Assembly: GCA_041650755.1 (NCBI GenBank)
Contig: JBAZKN010000002.1
Location: 69,030-133,029, forward strand
Length of the DNA stretch: 64,000 nucleotides
Direction of reading: 5' to 3'
Source: Patescibacteria group bacterium
Lineage (GTDB): Bacteria; Patescibacteriota; Patescibacteriia; UBA1558; GWA2-36-10
The position numbers were made by a program, and so were the translations under genes. This document shows, piece by piece, positions 47,401 through 56,235 of the stretch; position 1 is the first letter of the stretch, and every line of letters begins with the position of its first letter. Below the pieces are notes generated by a model. It did no database searches and was not told the DNA's origin. It saw nothing but the letters and a program-made list of their open reading frames with translations.

Positions 47401-49724
47401 ATAATCCGACCGGCCAAGATGCTCTATTTTGTTCAGTGGCCGAGCCCTTCCAATTGCAAACCGAAAGGATATATTGCGGTCGTCGTGGTGGGTCCGATCC
47501 AAATCACTGTAATCTACTTTTGCGCGTGCCGGCAGGCTCAAAAGTTTTAGTAAGTAATATGGCCGGCAATAATAATTTAATAAATTACGGCTATTTGCGT
47601 TCCAGTGCTTTCAATTTTGTAGAAGGCAACATGACCACTGGTCCTTATTATATGTTTGACCGCATAGAGAAAGTCGGTATAGATGTTGGTGTCTCTTACG
47701 AAGAGGCCAAGTTTTCCGTGGATGATTTCGTCATCGCCCCGGGCACCGATAAGGCCAACGTACCAGTGGTTGATAGAGCTGTGTTAGCTAAATTTTTTGA
47801 CACTGGCACAAACAAGATAGAGCTGTATTTTTATGATGAAGATATAAATAGAAACGGCGACGGTAACCCTGACGCTAGAATCTTGGTGCGCGATATTACT
47901 GCGCCAGCTTCACCCTTTGATTGTCAGGGAGTGATGAGCGATAGTGAGCCGAATGACGTCAGCAGTGTTTGTAATTGTGGTGTTGATATTCCGGGCCTGA
48001 CCGACAGAGGCTGTCACGAGGTCTGGCGTGGCCTATATAATCCTTTACCGTATAATTATTACGTTAAAGCAGAAACGCCGCCATTAGAGATAGTTACTGA
48101 GACCGATTGCAGCGATGCTGCTAGCGGTTATGCTTCCCCTCCGGGCAAGGGTATTGCTTGTTTAAATTCTCGCTCAACAACCTTTGCTAATTATTGGACG
48201 CAAATTACAAATGGCACGATTGCCAGCGAAGATGATTGTCGTGGTAACGCTAATTGTGAATTCGCTTGGTGTTTGTCGGGGCAAGTTACAGATAATGACA
48301 GCGCGACTGCGGGGTATCAATTGTATTGTTCAGAATTCGGCGGCATGTCCATTAGTGGTCGGGTATTTAACAGTATCTTTTTATCTAGTTCGTCTGGTAT
48401 TACCAGCTGTATGGACAGATTATTTTCAGTTGGCGCTTTGACGCAATATGGCTATTCAGTGAATGTTATAACATCAGTTGATCAGGGTCTACTAAGAGCT
48501 TTGTTCAATGATTCTAGTGCCACTTTTGAAATGACAGACATTTATGATTCTGATGACGGCTGCATAGAGTCTAATACTTCAGCCGCTACCAGCACCACTC
48601 CCAATGTGTATTTTGTCGATCGGCCATGTGGAATTGCTAGTAGTATTCAAAGCTGCATTACCTTTGGCCAATATTATACCGCTGAAATGTCAGGCAGCCC
48701 TTGTACTGGATTAGCTTGTTATCAGCAGTGTCGTTTGGTAGCTCAGTTGGATCCGGAAGGCGACAAATCTTGGGTGAGGACAGATATTTGGTGGCGCAAT
48801 GAAAACAATAGCCGCAATAATTATCCGGGAAATAATACTTGGTTATCGTACTATTATAAATCCAGCTTTTTGCAGAATAGCAACGTGAATTATAAGACTA
48901 TTACCGGCGAAACCGTGTCCTTTACTCATTTTGGGGCGGCTTTGGGTTATGTTGGCAAGGACGTAGTTAATGTTCGGGCGCCATTTAATGCCACGGCTTT
49001 TTCGCCATTGTCTACGGCTACATTCTTCTATCATTGGCCGGGCGGTCCCGCCAATTTATCCCTTACCCAAGCCTGGGGTACGGCCAGCGGGCAGTTAGAT
49101 TATTTATTCGTCAGGTCTTTTAATTTGCAGTGGAACAACACCAGCCAGACCTATGAGATTTTTGGCAGCCCAGTGGATATTTATGAAGGTAGTGATTTTA
49201 CCAACAAATATAATATTAAAGCTGGTCCAGATTATAATCCGGCGATTTTACAAGTTTGCGGTAACAATACTTGTGATAATGCCAGCGGTGTGACGGTCGA
49301 TGATCGTGGTTCTGGTGAAGTCAAAGCCAAAGAATCTCTGATGGTAGCCTTGAAGTTTTATTATTATGCTCATCCTGATCATATGCCGGTATCCAATATT
49401 ACGGTAAATTGGGGTGATGGTTCCAGTACGGTTTCTGCTCCGGGTAAGTACAAAAACAACATTCCTGATTGTAATCAAGACATACCAATGCCGGGCAAGG
49501 CAGCGGATACTTTGCAGGGCTTTGGCGGCACTGATAGAGCTTGCCGCGAAGGCTACAAGACTTTCTATCATGATTATCAGTTATCTTCCCCAGTCCATAA
49601 TGCCACTTGTAGTGCTACCGCGGCCGTTGGATCCGTCTGTTTTCAGCCGACCGTGACCGTTACTGACCATTGGGGAAATTCGACGACAGCCAACTTTGGC
49701 GGTCAAGTAGTGATAGAGCCTTAA
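41421..49724 (+). CDS. Giant secreted cysteine-rich protein (2767 aa)
   Basis: Signal peptide ending AQA; about 100 Cys by manual count; repeated C-x6-C-x2-aromatic units; NLFANGDFE CBM-like domain; C-terminal PKD-like VNWGDG. Confidence 0.9.
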   Translation: MRAYQKILLGVLVAVVAATMIFSIPKPQSAQALGPSLPNFVEIATWVWTRAKYAYHKVESALTSQLLVRTVETYVNNLAYNMATSIATNGAGGKPLFETKSVKNALKQAQEAAAGEFIGQLSASSFSQLGFNLCEPSLNVRLSITLGLIDSTAPPTPKCNWQDVKSKWERFGNLTISDMVKFQLDTAPSKYTSLTPLEGSSSRINVWQNYDDFFKSFSLEQSDWGVFGKLNEAYEKAQQDAVAAKDTYLKICNGYLNNETTVSEDVKTTCKAIVDSQGAALATLAVSDIEKIKLPSQVSSPNPNLSQVMKNAGKYFISTLASKSQPIFLKLVNKWLKEGMASFVSLFKSNQSLRDDLLAQLRGGADLYQPRGVDFYSEFKKIEFDTVESYGLLDDFAVCPEDTQYRKPDNCVISADFLQAVNSKVTVQEAIDSGYINGGLPLVGRDDALRDSNSQCYRDGLCYSNLVKLRKANIIPVGWEMAALKSPSTKPATLQQAIDCFEDDASKCSVPATGHNPYYHLIDPNWILKAPAAICSAYVYAPVLEAPDSSNRQQYCADTKVCLREDDKGNCLDGQYGYCTKSENIWRFQGDICQDGDIYSGCLTFSGASRPIQSYLEQSLSYCTADQVGCQRYSQEKNDDGEWVFQSIGADDNDLFLNKQAQTCSAAENGCSEFIIMAADSGANLFANGDFEMDSDSDLLPDGYAVFDVASVPLFAPYLVSGQGVDNSNAALSRIGAGNACRRIDVFPNTLYNFSASFKQSSIVSQAEILLQSCTSANSQPGNISSPDGSFTVFNDGGSTFPPNKGYVRLESTEYNNTGYTRVAGTINSGDSVSCWVCAGGVNEYQYVDNLKVEIVSQPKAEANYSAYGAGAKIVLNGSRSMCTAQEVGCQGYTPSNGDPMIPAVINQTDLCPSQCVGYASFAQQTDIFDAVDPLSSNEVEYYNFIPKDKNTKTCPAQAVGCEEFTNLDEVAKGGEGKEYYTYLRQCVAEDLGHTYYTWEGSDVAGYQIKTWLALSSNSGGPCTNVAPAGDVCLDDSSPSTAAAICTATEAATDPNCRQFFDSDGTSYYRYQNRIIFASGDCHDYRRTATGSTFRAIPSLSTQCEAQYKDCRSYYGNTANNVYQILSDNFEQNVYSPWQAYLATIDLSPESLENNGHSLKIVKSGNWADIYRPLGIAPENNKQYQVSWWMKNDAPLNYVRVRLVPSYNGGGYVRFRVKDSSVITDGFLVNILNDSTLSNVSAATWHRFEASNTLDFNDIVLDAGRTLADINWNNTLLVIDASNSTSNDQLFFDNIIFKEVNSSISVIKNSWQTPIACDTPYTGYYLGCQTYTDTNNNQYNLHSFSSLCRVEAIGCMPAIDTHNSSNPFAETFNAGDNSEITVPADNTTYLVPDNTKYCASQYKGCMALGVPDLTQPSYLTTVYKINNPDYYGTTLCPSTALGCDEYISSKGTYYFRDPGTETCTYKKNISVDGSIVSGWFKTSTINTNSPIACNDYNNDGSINLSDSVLYMQGERQGAQVCSIDKNLCTAFVDPSDPQSCTFGYCANLSGTPESGYASQYACESNPSMRWVPGTCQTYYYYNNDNIDKDSCAGEVDKNSGCALFYEANDWNADHSAVNVTYDSTKTYDSNVSTGKPVSPVICNSSQDPTCELDANILLKVKKDRQCGEWLACRSSSVVWDSDNNKYKVVCADLSLCNEFDPDNNITKCGNWVDPGNLPLTEDLYQSRTTGANNHLQWGDMDYTGFSIPDFMPVAALTVVNFGTAASPNPRLVYAVSSPTCLPNGRSCDVVLDGTTYTGVCQDRQCTINPDLSNNNLLVDTRGFTSADAPFPISIAPDQNQLDRLAAYAGANMCQSINSSGVSTPNGCELSYVKLTYGSSGEVRYYPKNSPTPNGICTSGDLDSKIDCVDSSGAVRNNLCDTYNDDGTSRADGMCSKKTKAETVYNWPGICLEKDYNAKLVNDTGGNFYCNQWYPAEQINGMNSLYDNYREAGYYNPTGQDALFCSVAEPFQLQTERIYCGRRGGSDPNHCNLLLRVPAGSKVLVSNMAGNNNLINYGYLRSSAFNFVEGNMTTGPYYMFDRIEKVGIDVGVSYEEAKFSVDDFVIAPGTDKANVPVVDRAVLAKFFDTGTNKIELYFYDEDINRNGDGNPDARILVRDITAPASPFDCQGVMSDSEPNDVSSVCNCGVDIPGLTDRGCHEVWRGLYNPLPYNYYVKAETPPLEIVTETDCSDAASGYASPPGKGIACLNSRSTTFANYWTQITNGTIASEDDCRGNANCEFAWCLSGQVTDNDSATAGYQLYCSEFGGMSISGRVFNSIFLSSSSGITSCMDRLFSVGALTQYGYSVNVITSVDQGLLRALFNDSSATFEMTDIYDSDDGCIESNTSAATSTTPNVYFVDRPCGIASSIQSCITFGQYYTAEMSGSPCTGLACYQQCRLVAQLDPEGDKSWVRTDIWWRNENNSRNNYPGNNTWLSYYYKSSFLQNSNVNYKTITGETVSFTHFGAALGYVGKDVVNVRAPFNATAFSPLSTATFFYHWPGGPANLSLTQAWGTASGQLDYLFVRSFNLQWNNTSQTYEIFGSPVDIYEGSDFTNKYNIKAGPDYNPAILQVCGNNTCDNASGVTVDDRGSGEVKAKESLMVALKFYYYAHPDHMPVSNITVNWGDGSSTVSAPGKYKNNIPDCNQDIPMPGKAADTLQGFGGTDRACREGYKTFYHDYQLSSPVHNATCSATAAVGSVCFQPTVTVTDHWGNSTTANFGGQVVIEP

Positions 49725-49751
49725 ATTTAGTATAAAAAATTAAAATATTTT

Positions 49752-52385
49752 ATGGTCAAAATTTCATTTTCAGCCTCAAAAAAATGGTTTGTGCTTCTGA
49801 CTATCCCTGCTGTATTTTTATTTTTCCCCAACTTGGCTTTTGCTGAAGTTAGTGCCCTAGCAAAATTTTTAGGCGAGGTCATACACTATCTTTTTATTGA
49901 GCTGCCGGCCTTTTTATTGAAAAAGGAAATGATTTTACTGCCAATTATTGCTCAATACAACAATATTACCAATCAGCCTGGTGTGATCACTGCTTGGAGG
50001 ACTTTGCGAGATTTAGCTAATATGTTTTTTATTGTGATTTTGTTGATCATGTCATTTGCCACCATTCTGCAAGTCAGGAGCTATGGCTATAAAGCGCTGC
50101 TTAGAGATCTGATCCTTTACGCGATTCTTATTAATTTCAGCAGGACGATTGTCTCGGTTTTGGTGGATGCGTCTCAAATTGTGATGCTGACTTTTGTGGC
50201 CCCCATAAAAGACGTGGTGGGCAGTAATGTCATGGCTGCCTTGGGTCTTTATCAGATTATGCAGATGACCAATAATCCGGAAGTTACCAGCAATTCTTTT
50301 CTGATGGCTATGGGCCTGGGTGCTATTATGTGTATAATAGCCGTGGTGGTGATTGCTGTATTTATCGCTATGCTGGTTGCCCGCATTGTGTTTTTGTGGA
50401 TTTTGACAGTGACTGCCCCGATGGCATTTTTAGCCAATGCTTTTCCCAAGACAGCTTATTTATATAAAGATTGGGAAAATGACTTAAGCAAATATTTGAT
50501 TACCGGTCCGGCAATCGCTTTCTTTTTATGGCTGGCTTTTACTGTGGTAGGCAATGCCAATATTTCAGATTCTTTTAACGTGCCGGCTGAATTGAAAGAG
50601 GATCCGCAAGTGACGGAAACTGGTGCGCCCTCAGAGGTGAGCCAAGCTGCTCAAGTCCCAAATCTTATAAATTATGTCATAGCTATTGCTATGCTTTTGG
50701 GCGGCTTGAACTATGCAGCCAAAGCCGGCGTAGCTGGTTCTGGGTTGGCTGGCAAGGCGCGAGGTAAGATAAATGATGTCGTAAGTAAAGCCGGCAGAAA
50801 AGTAGAAAGGGGTGTTACTGGCGCTGTCAGTGGCACTGCTCGAGGAGCTGTCAGGCTGGCTTGGCAGGGCACTAGCGGCGAAGGCGGAGCCAAAGAAGTT
50901 TTGAGTAAAATGCGCGCCAGTATAGGCACAACTCTAGCTGATGATAATACGCAAAGATTATTGCGCAGGACTGGTTTGGCGGGTACTGCCTTGCGGGCCG
51001 GCAGGCGCATGGAGGCTAAAGAGAATTTGCGTCGCGGTCGTAAGACTGCTTATTTTGAAAAACAGATGGAAGGCATTACTGACGATGAACAGAGATTGCA
51101 ATATGCACAATCAGTCGGGAGAGGGTGGGGCAGACGCGAAGCAGCAGCAGTTTTTTATAAGACCAATGTAGATAATAATAATGAACTGCATGATATCGAT
51201 CCTACGCGCATGACTAAGGAGCAATTGCGAGAGATATATGGGGTTGATAGTGTTGACCAAGTGGATCAGAACCTAGTAAGTTCTCGTACAGCTCAAAGAT
51301 ATAAGGATATGAATGCGGCTTTTCAAGCTGCTGGTGATACTGCTTCTGTAGAAAAATTGCGCACCAGAAGCGTGGCTGTCCATACTAATGAAAGTCTAGG
51401 TAGATTAATCCAAGAAAAGGGCGTTGGCGTTTTGAGTAGAATGGATATGAGCGGTTTGGATAACGAAGAGTTGAGGGCCGTTATGCAGCGCATCATGAGT
51501 CAAGATCAAAAAGCCTTAAGCAAGACGGTTGATGATATGGAAAAAAGAAAGCGCGAGATATTTATGCATGCTTTGGGCAATGTAAAAAGCGCAGGCCACC
51601 TGGAAGGCAGCTTAACTAAAGATGATAGTGATTCTGCTTTCTATAAGGCAGCTATGCTGCAAGCCAGATTTGATGGTAAGAACTCCGACACCAATGGTTT
51701 GGCCGACCAATATAAAGATCTCGATGAAGAAGATCAAAAAGGATTTATATCAAACTTGCGCAAGATTATTAGCGGTGATGAGATATTAAAAATTAACAAT
51801 AGTACCAGCTTATTTAAAGATATGTCCGGTCAGGCCAATGCTGGTCAGCGCACGCAAATGAAAGACAAGGCTACTGATGAGCAAATGCAAGCCGTAGTTC
51901 AGAACCAAATCAGGCTTGGTAATATCCAGATGATAATGAAAGATCCGGTTTTTGGCCCGATAGCTCAGAAGAATAATGCGGATGATGTTGATGCGTACTT
52001 CAAGGTTTTGCGTGATGCAGCCGGGACATTGGCGGATAAGATTAAGGCCGCCAATCAGAACATAGAATATGGCCACAAGATTTTTGCAGGCGATAAGGAC
52101 GGCTTATATGCCTGGGCCAGAACTTTGAAACCAGCCGATCTCATCAAAATAGATGATAAACTAACACTTGACGATATTGTTGACAATGGCAAATTGCCGG
52201 AAAATATGGTTGAGGCTATGGCAAAACTCGGCTATGGTAGTATCAAACCCTCTGCTGGTGGATCGAGCGCTGGTGCGGCCAGACCAGCTCAAGCTATTCC
52301 AACAGCTGCCCCCAGTAATCAAGCTCCAGGATCAGGCGGCGGCGTGCAGGCAGTAATCAACAAAAGATTTGGTAAGAATAAATAA
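49752..52385 (+). CDS. VirB6/TrbL-like polytopic membrane protein with long hydrophilic C-terminus
   Basis: W..LRDLANMFFIVILL..SFATIL, LINFS..I.....D, ARIV.LW.L....P.AF pattern; Gly/Ala-rich linker. Confidence 0.75.
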   Translation: MVKISFSASKKWFVLLTIPAVFLFFPNLAFAEVSALAKFLGEVIHYLFIELPAFLLKKEMILLPIIAQYNNITNQPGVITAWRTLRDLANMFFIVILLIMSFATILQVRSYGYKALLRDLILYAILINFSRTIVSVLVDASQIVMLTFVAPIKDVVGSNVMAALGLYQIMQMTNNPEVTSNSFLMAMGLGAIMCIIAVVVIAVFIAMLVARIVFLWILTVTAPMAFLANAFPKTAYLYKDWENDLSKYLITGPAIAFFLWLAFTVVGNANISDSFNVPAELKEDPQVTETGAPSEVSQAAQVPNLINYVIAIAMLLGGLNYAAKAGVAGSGLAGKARGKINDVVSKAGRKVERGVTGAVSGTARGAVRLAWQGTSGEGGAKEVLSKMRASIGTTLADDNTQRLLRRTGLAGTALRAGRRMEAKENLRRGRKTAYFEKQMEGITDDEQRLQYAQSVGRGWGRREAAAVFYKTNVDNNNELHDIDPTRMTKEQLREIYGVDSVDQVDQNLVSSRTAQRYKDMNAAFQAAGDTASVEKLRTRSVAVHTNESLGRLIQEKGVGVLSRMDMSGLDNEELRAVMQRIMSQDQKALSKTVDDMEKRKREIFMHALGNVKSAGHLEGSLTKDDSDSAFYKAAMLQARFDGKNSDTNGLADQYKDLDEEDQKGFISNLRKIISGDEILKINNSTSLFKDMSGQANAGQRTQMKDKATDEQMQAVVQNQIRLGNIQMIMKDPVFGPIAQKNNADDVDAYFKVLRDAAGTLADKIKAANQNIEYGHKIFAGDKDGLYAWARTLKPADLIKIDDKLTLDDIVDNGKLPENMVEAMAKLGYGSIKPSAGGSSAGAARPAQAIPTAAPSNQAPGSGGGVQAVINKRFGKNK

Positions 52386-52394
52386 TAATTTTTA

Positions 52395-53642
52395 ATGACA
52401 ATATTATCCGAATTGCAACAATTACCAACCGAGGTAAAAGATATTATTTTTAGCAATGATTTAGTAGAAAAAAATCAAGCTTTGGCAGATAAATTTTTAT
52501 TAAACCAAAGCCAAATCAATTTAATTTTAGATTTGGAAAATTTATTATTTTTGAAGAAATTATCACCATTAGATTTGCCGACTCGCTTGGAAAGCATGGA
52601 GCGAGCCAGCTACTATGATTTGCGGGCGATTACTTTGGATATTGCCCAAAACATCCTTTGGCCGCTACAAGATTATCTGCAAAATGTCGATCGCCTGATT
52701 TTGCGTTTGGGTGGCAAAGTGCCGAGGGCCCAGCATCTAAAAAGCGTGACTTTGCAAAAAAGGCTGTTTCCCAGTTCAGCCTCTGGCACGGTCAAGCAAT
52801 TTTTGTCTAGCTTTGATGATTTTAAAGAGCTGAGACTAACTGCCAAAAAAATTACGGATAATAATGGCCGGCTGATTACCCCTTCGGTAGATAATTGGCT
52901 TAAAGATTATAATCATTTTTTAGGAGCAGGCTATCATAACTCTTTGCAGCGAGCCCAGTATCTAGCCAAAGGGCCAAATTGCGTGCCTTTGGAGCTTGGG
53001 GAAAAAGAGTCGTTGCGCAATTTTCTTTTGTCTTATGATGATGATCTTGGCATGCAGTGGGAGAATAATGAGGGCATGCTCAAGGTCCAGCTGCCCGTTT
53101 CTGCCCCAAAATCAGATAAGCCAGTCAAAGTAGATTTAGACAAGGCTGTAGCCGAGCTGCAGCAGAACATAAAGAAGATAGAGCAGATAGCTTTACCGGC
53201 CGATTTTATTTTATCAGAGGCGGGAAATGATCTGTTTAAAGTCAGGGATATTTTGTGGCAGGCTGTCGGTACTGAAGATAAAGAAAAAGCCTTGAGTTGC
53301 CTCAAGGTCCTGGTCGAAAAGAAATCTTTAGATAGTTTGATCGCCGAGGATAATCGTTTTCGCAGTATTTTGAAAAGATTTATCGGCATTCGCTATGGTT
53401 CAGGTTTCAATAATTGGCTGGAGGGGAACTCTGATAAATTATTGGCCCGTCGTCTATTTTTAGAAATGATTTTGGCAGATAAATTGCGCTGGCCAGAGGC
53501 AGAGGCTGCCACCATAGCTTTTTATTTGACCAATCTTTGGCCGCAATCTGGTCAGGTGGTTTATCTGGATGCTACTGACGGCAATCTCAAATGGCGTATC
53601 ATGCAAGTGATGAAAGATAATCAGCTGGCTTGGCGAGATTAA
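52395..53642 (+). CDS. Hypothetical soluble helical protein
   Basis: 415-aa ORF 9 bp after the VirB6-like gene; no motif recognised. Confidence 0.8.
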   Translation: MTILSELQQLPTEVKDIIFSNDLVEKNQALADKFLLNQSQINLILDLENLLFLKKLSPLDLPTRLESMERASYYDLRAITLDIAQNILWPLQDYLQNVDRLILRLGGKVPRAQHLKSVTLQKRLFPSSASGTVKQFLSSFDDFKELRLTAKKITDNNGRLITPSVDNWLKDYNHFLGAGYHNSLQRAQYLAKGPNCVPLELGEKESLRNFLLSYDDDLGMQWENNEGMLKVQLPVSAPKSDKPVKVDLDKAVAELQQNIKKIEQIALPADFILSEAGNDLFKVRDILWQAVGTEDKEKALSCLKVLVEKKSLDSLIAEDNRFRSILKRFIGIRYGSGFNNWLEGNSDKLLARRLFLEMILADKLRWPEAEAATIAFYLTNLWPQSGQVVYLDATDGNLKWRIMQVMKDNQLAWRD

Positions 53643-53648
53643 GAATTT

Positions 53649-54812
53649 TTATATTTTCCAGGCAGTGATTTGCCGCTGGACTTTTTGATCTGGCCGGCTA
53701 TAGATCAGAAAAGAGTCGGCGCCGAGAATTAATTTGGGTACAAAACCCAATTTTTTTATAGCTGATAAATTTAAAGTAGAGATTGGCTGCTGGCCGAGCT
53801 GAAAAATCGGAAAAATAAAAATAACCTGTCCGCCTGATCGCAATATTTTTTTGAATTCAGTAAAAGCGGATAAGTATAATCTTTGTAGATTTTGGCTAAT
53901 ATTAGACAAAATTTTTGGGTCGTCAGTATTTTTTATTTGTCTTGAATCACCCATGAATGGCTCAGTCACGATCAGGTCAATTGAAGCACGAGGGATAACC
54001 TGGCTCAATTTTTCTACGGTTGTTTGTTTTAGTTGGTATTGAGTTTTGAATTTAAACTGCTTATTAAACCAGCTTAGATTTTTTTGGCAAGACACAATAG
54101 CCTCACGGCTGATATCAGTGCCATAAATTTTTTTAAAGTCCAGTATAGCTGCTTCTTGCAAGACAGTGCCTGACCCGCAAAATGGGTCAAGTAAAGTTTT
54201 ATTTCTGTCTGGCCCAGCCAGATTGATCATTATTTTGGCTAGCTTGGGTGGCAGCAAGCCGGATTTATCATCGCGTTCCGGTCGGCCAATGTCGCGCTGG
54301 CTATAGCGATCAAAATCTTGGATCGCCTGCGTAATGCCAAGTAAATATTTTGTCTGGTGGCGGATGATAATTAGTTCATTGTTCAGGAGTTTATTTTTAG
54401 CGACAATCACCGAAGATAATTGCGCCTGTCGGCCAGTGACTAGGCGGACACTTGCTTTAAAGGATAGATTTTTTTTGACCGACAAGGCTATTTTTTTTAT
54501 TTTGGCAAAATTGGCTGGCGTATCATTATATAAACTGAAAGCAAAATTTATTTTTTTACTGGTATTTTGCGGCATTATATTTTGCCACCAATCGGCGGTC
54601 AGCTGATCAAGCGAGTCAATATTTTTTAGAAATTGGGCGATTTTTATAGTTCCGCCCAGAGAGCTGATTAGTTTTTCAGGAGTTTCAGAACTATTACCCA
54701 AAACAAAATCAGCACCCTGGATTTCGATTTGGTTTTTTTGTCCCAATAAGCTAAAAATTTCAGCCTGGCTAATTTTTGGGATTCTGCCCAAAATAAAAAT
54801 GTATTTTGCCAT
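53649..54812 (-). CDS. TRM11/THUMP-type SAM-dependent RNA methyltransferase
   Basis: LPPKLAKIMINL, LLDPFCGSGT, GTDIS, IVTEPFMG. Confidence 0.85.
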   Translation of the reverse strand: MAKYIFILGRIPKISQAEIFSLLGQKNQIEIQGADFVLGNSSETPEKLISSLGGTIKIAQFLKNIDSLDQLTADWWQNIMPQNTSKKINFAFSLYNDTPANFAKIKKIALSVKKNLSFKASVRLVTGRQAQLSSVIVAKNKLLNNELIIIRHQTKYLLGITQAIQDFDRYSQRDIGRPERDDKSGLLPPKLAKIMINLAGPDRNKTLLDPFCGSGTVLQEAAILDFKKIYGTDISREAIVSCQKNLSWFNKQFKFKTQYQLKQTTVEKLSQVIPRASIDLIVTEPFMGDSRQIKNTDDPKILSNISQNLQRLYLSAFTEFKKILRSGGQVIFIFPIFQLGQQPISTLNLSAIKKLGFVPKLILGADSFLIYSRPDQKVQRQITAWKI

Positions 54813-54996
54813 GGCTTTATCATAGTAAAAAATAGTCTTTTAGGCAAACAATATCAGCCTTGACTAATGTCACCAACTATGGTAGAGTGTCGGGGTCAAA
54901 TTATTTGGCGAATTAATTAACCACGGCCCTTAAACAATTCTATTTTTTGGGGTCCCTGGCAGGCAAAAGCCCGTTCCAGGTAATTGAAAAACCAAG

Positions 54997-55515
54997 ATGT
55001 ACTACGAATTACTTTTTATTATTAGTCCGGTGGTGCCCGAGACTGAGCAGGCTCGAGTTACCCAAGCTGTTGGCCAATATCTAAAAACAATTGGTGCTAG
55101 CGTGGCTAATGATTTTTATCCTCTGGGTCGTCGCAAATTAGCTTACCCAATAAAAAAACAAAAGCATGGGTTTTATGTTTTTGTCGATTTTAGCTTGGCA
55201 GAGGACAAGGGTGGTCTAAAGCAACTGGAAACCAGCTTGAAGCATAATAATGATATTTTGCGTCATTTGGTGATTGCTAAATCCAAACCGGCCGCTAGCG
55301 CTGATTTAGCCAGACTGCAGGCCGCCAATAAGCCGGAGGCGGTTGTCCGCAGCCGAACTATTAGAAAGCCTATTTCTAGAGTGAGTCGCCCTAGAGCCAC
55401 TATGAAGCCGGTAGCCGCTCCAGTGAGCGAGATTAGCCACAGGCCGGCTATTAGTTTAGACGATATTGATAAAAAGCTGGATGAGATTTTAACCAACGAT
55501 CCAAAATTAGAATAA
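54997..55515 (+). CDS. rpsF: 30S ribosomal protein S6 with C-terminal extension
   Basis: [17 protein letters not shown]...G.Y, ILRHL; followed by ssb-rpsR. Confidence 0.93.
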   Translation: MYYELLFIISPVVPETEQARVTQAVGQYLKTIGASVANDFYPLGRRKLAYPIKKQKHGFYVFVDFSLAEDKGGLKQLETSLKHNNDILRHLVIAKSKPAASADLARLQAANKPEAVVRSRTIRKPISRVSRPRATMKPVAAPVSEISHRPAISLDDIDKKLDEILTNDPKLE

Positions 55516-55525
55516 TTTTAATTAT

Positions 55526-55993
55526 ATGAATCTGAACAAAGCAATGATTATTGGCAATGTAGTTCGCGATCCAGAAATGCGCACTACGCCCAATGGTCAA
55601 AATGTCACTTCTTTTTCGGTGGCCACCAACTTTACTTGGAAAGATGCCAGCGGTAATCGTCAGGAAAAAGCCGAATTTCACAATGTAGTAGCCTGGCGTC
55701 GATTGGCCGAGATTACCAATCAGTATCTCAAGAAAGGCAGCAAGGTCTATATCGAAGGCCGTTTGCAAACCAGATCTTGGGATGATCCCAATGGCATCAA
55801 GCGCTATCGCACAGAAATCATGGCTGAAAACATGATTATGCTCGATAGAGCTGGTAATGCTGGCGAAAGCTACACTAATTCTGCGTCGACTACCAGACGG
55901 CAAAATACTCCAGCTGATGATTTTAATATTGAACAGCCAGAGCCAAAATCGGCAGGCGAAGAAGAAATTAGCATCGAGGATATCCCTTTTTAA
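55526..55993 (+). CDS. ssb: Single-stranded DNA-binding protein
   Basis: NKAMIIGN...[16 protein letters not shown]-terminal DIPF. Confidence 0.97.
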   Translation: MNLNKAMIIGNVVRDPEMRTTPNGQNVTSFSVATNFTWKDASGNRQEKAEFHNVVAWRRLAEITNQYLKKGSKVYIEGRLQTRSWDDPNGIKRYRTEIMAENMIMLDRAGNAGESYTNSASTTRRQNTPADDFNIEQPEPKSAGEEEISIEDIPF

Positions 55994-56012
55994 AAATATA
56001 ATTTAGACTTTT

Positions 56013-56231
56013 ATGCACAATAGAGTTGAAAACAAGCATTGTCATTTTTGCGTCAACAATAAATTGGTGATTGACTATAAAGATTGGCAGCAACTGCAAA
56101 AATTCATTTCTTCTTATGGTAAGATTACCCCCAAGCGAAGAAATGGGGTTTGCTCCAAGCATCAAAGAAAACTAGCTCAAGCCATAAAAAGGGCCAGATT
56201 TATGGCACTATTGCCGTATGTAGCCAAATAA
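56013..56231 (+). CDS. rpsR: 30S ribosomal protein S18 (Zn-binding form)
   Basis: CHFC, IDYKD, GKI.P.R..G.C.KHQR.L..AIKRAR..ALLPY. Confidence 0.96.
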   Translation: MHNRVENKHCHFCVNNKLVIDYKDWQQLQKFISSYGKITPKRRNGVCSKHQRKLAQAIKRARFMALLPYVAK

Positions 56232-56235
56232 TCTT

